Assembly: GCA_038087875.1 (NCBI GenBank)
Contig: JAXLNO010000140.1
Coordinates: forward strand, 173,155-193,154
Source of the DNA: Malacoraja senta
Taxonomy: Eukaryota
Direction of reading: 5' to 3'
DNA: 20,000 nucleotides
Shown: positions 19,007 through 20,000 of the stretch, piece after piece
How positions within the stretch are numbered: the first letter of the stretch is position 1
How the letters are laid out: the number at the start of each line of letters is the position of its first letter
Notes under the pieces: generated by a model
What the model was told of the DNA's origin: nothing
Database searches by the model: none
The model's input: only the letters and a program-made list of their open reading frames with translations
Made by a program: the position numbers and the translations under genes

Positions 19007-19335
19007 TGGGCCTGTCCCACTTACGTGACTTTTTCGGCGACTGCCGGCACCCGTCATTGGTCGTTGCAGGTCGCTGAAAATGTTCAATATGTTGAAAATT
19101 CAGTGGCGTCCAGAAAGATGCGACGACTCTTTGGGCGACTGAGGAGACTACTCACGACCATACAGGCGACATGTCGCGGGGTGAAGCCTGTATGGTCGTG
19201 AGTAGTTACCCAAAGAGTCGTACCTTGTTCTAGTCGCCGCTGGGTTTTCAACGTTGAACATTTTCTGTGACCTGCAACGACCTATGACGGGTGCCGGCAA
19301 GTCACCAAAAAAGTTGCGTAAGTGGGACAGGCCCA
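19007..19335. mobile_element. Fold-back PIF/Harbinger-like MITE (329 bp) with TGA TSD
   Basis: TIR tgggcctgtcccacttacg and cgtaagtgggacaggccca. TGA is duplicated at 19004-19006 and 19336-19338. The arms are complementary almost to the centre near 19173. Confidence 0.88.
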
Positions 19336-19552
19336 TGAGACTCCAAAGTCTCAATCTGATCAGAAAGTCAACGCATGTCAACAAGATGATCATATATTTG
19401 TAAACTACACCACAGTCCAAGGTTAGCGGTGTTGTTTACAAATTAAATTACATTTCATACATTCATGAGTGAGCCTTGCTTGGAAATGATTGGTTTAACA
19501 ATCCTACCGTGTCCCACAGAAAATTCTTGCCCAATTCTTAGGGCTAACGGCC

Positions 19553-19692
19553 AAGCTCTTAGTGCCAACGGAATCAAGGGATATGGAGAGAAAGCAGGAA
19601 CGGGGTACTGATTTTGGATGAGCAGCCATGGTCATATTAAACGGCTCGAAGGGCCGAATGGCCTACTCCTGCACCTATTTGCTATGTTTCTA
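19553..19692 (+). mobile_element. CR1 LINE 3' tail
   Basis: ggaatcaagggatatggagagaaagcaggaacggggtactga...gaagggccgaatggcctactcctgcacctatt. Confidence 0.85.
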
Positions 19693-20000
19693 ATTGTTTT
19701 GGGATTAGAGATGAGTGGCAGGCCCACTGTCGGCTGTGTATTGGGAAAAGTCAGTGGGTGGGGGTGGGTGGTGGAAAATGCAAGAGACATCCTTTGTAGA
19801 TTTATCATGAGCCTTCTGGCTGAGGAGCAGAGGCAGCAGCTGGCTGCCAGAGGAGAAAGACAAGGCCAGGTGAGCAAGGTTTAGTGAATGTTGCCTTAAC
19901 AGGATGACTAGTGTTCAGTTTACAGGTTGCTCTGAGACACCTGTTGCCTTCTCATAGTCACACACCTGCAAGAATTCTGACCCAGTGAGTTACTCCAGTA

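Overview
This is vertebrate genomic DNA. The repeat set (CR1 LINEs, HE1/V-SINE-type tRNA SINEs, Penelope-derived palindromes) suggests a cartilaginous fish, probably a skate or ray (inference). The + strand carries six GT-AG-type exons of an intron-containing SUN1/SUN2-type nuclear-envelope (LINC complex) gene: <1-106, 2822-3034, 5067-5151, 9542-9657, 11752-11920 and 12857-12949. The gene looks decayed. It has two frameshifts in one SUN-domain exon, a CAG>TAG nonsense codon in the next, a probable lesion in the coiled-coil exon, and loss of the KASH-bonding Cys. I found no terminal NWGHPEYTC exon in the remaining 7 kb. A short acceptor-led exon ending KDEL-stop at 18881-18915 is in phase with the donor just before the SUN domain. 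The introns are full of mobile DNA: a complete non-autonomous Helitron, a second Helitron 3' end, an L1 with a 12-bp TSD, Tx1, CR1, SINEs, Harbinger-like MITEs, a 1.8-kb TIR element with an AT TSD, and Penelope pieces carrying minimal hammerhead ribozyme motifs. There is also a near-consensus CTCF site. Most ORFs in the supplied track are spurious or repeat-derived.
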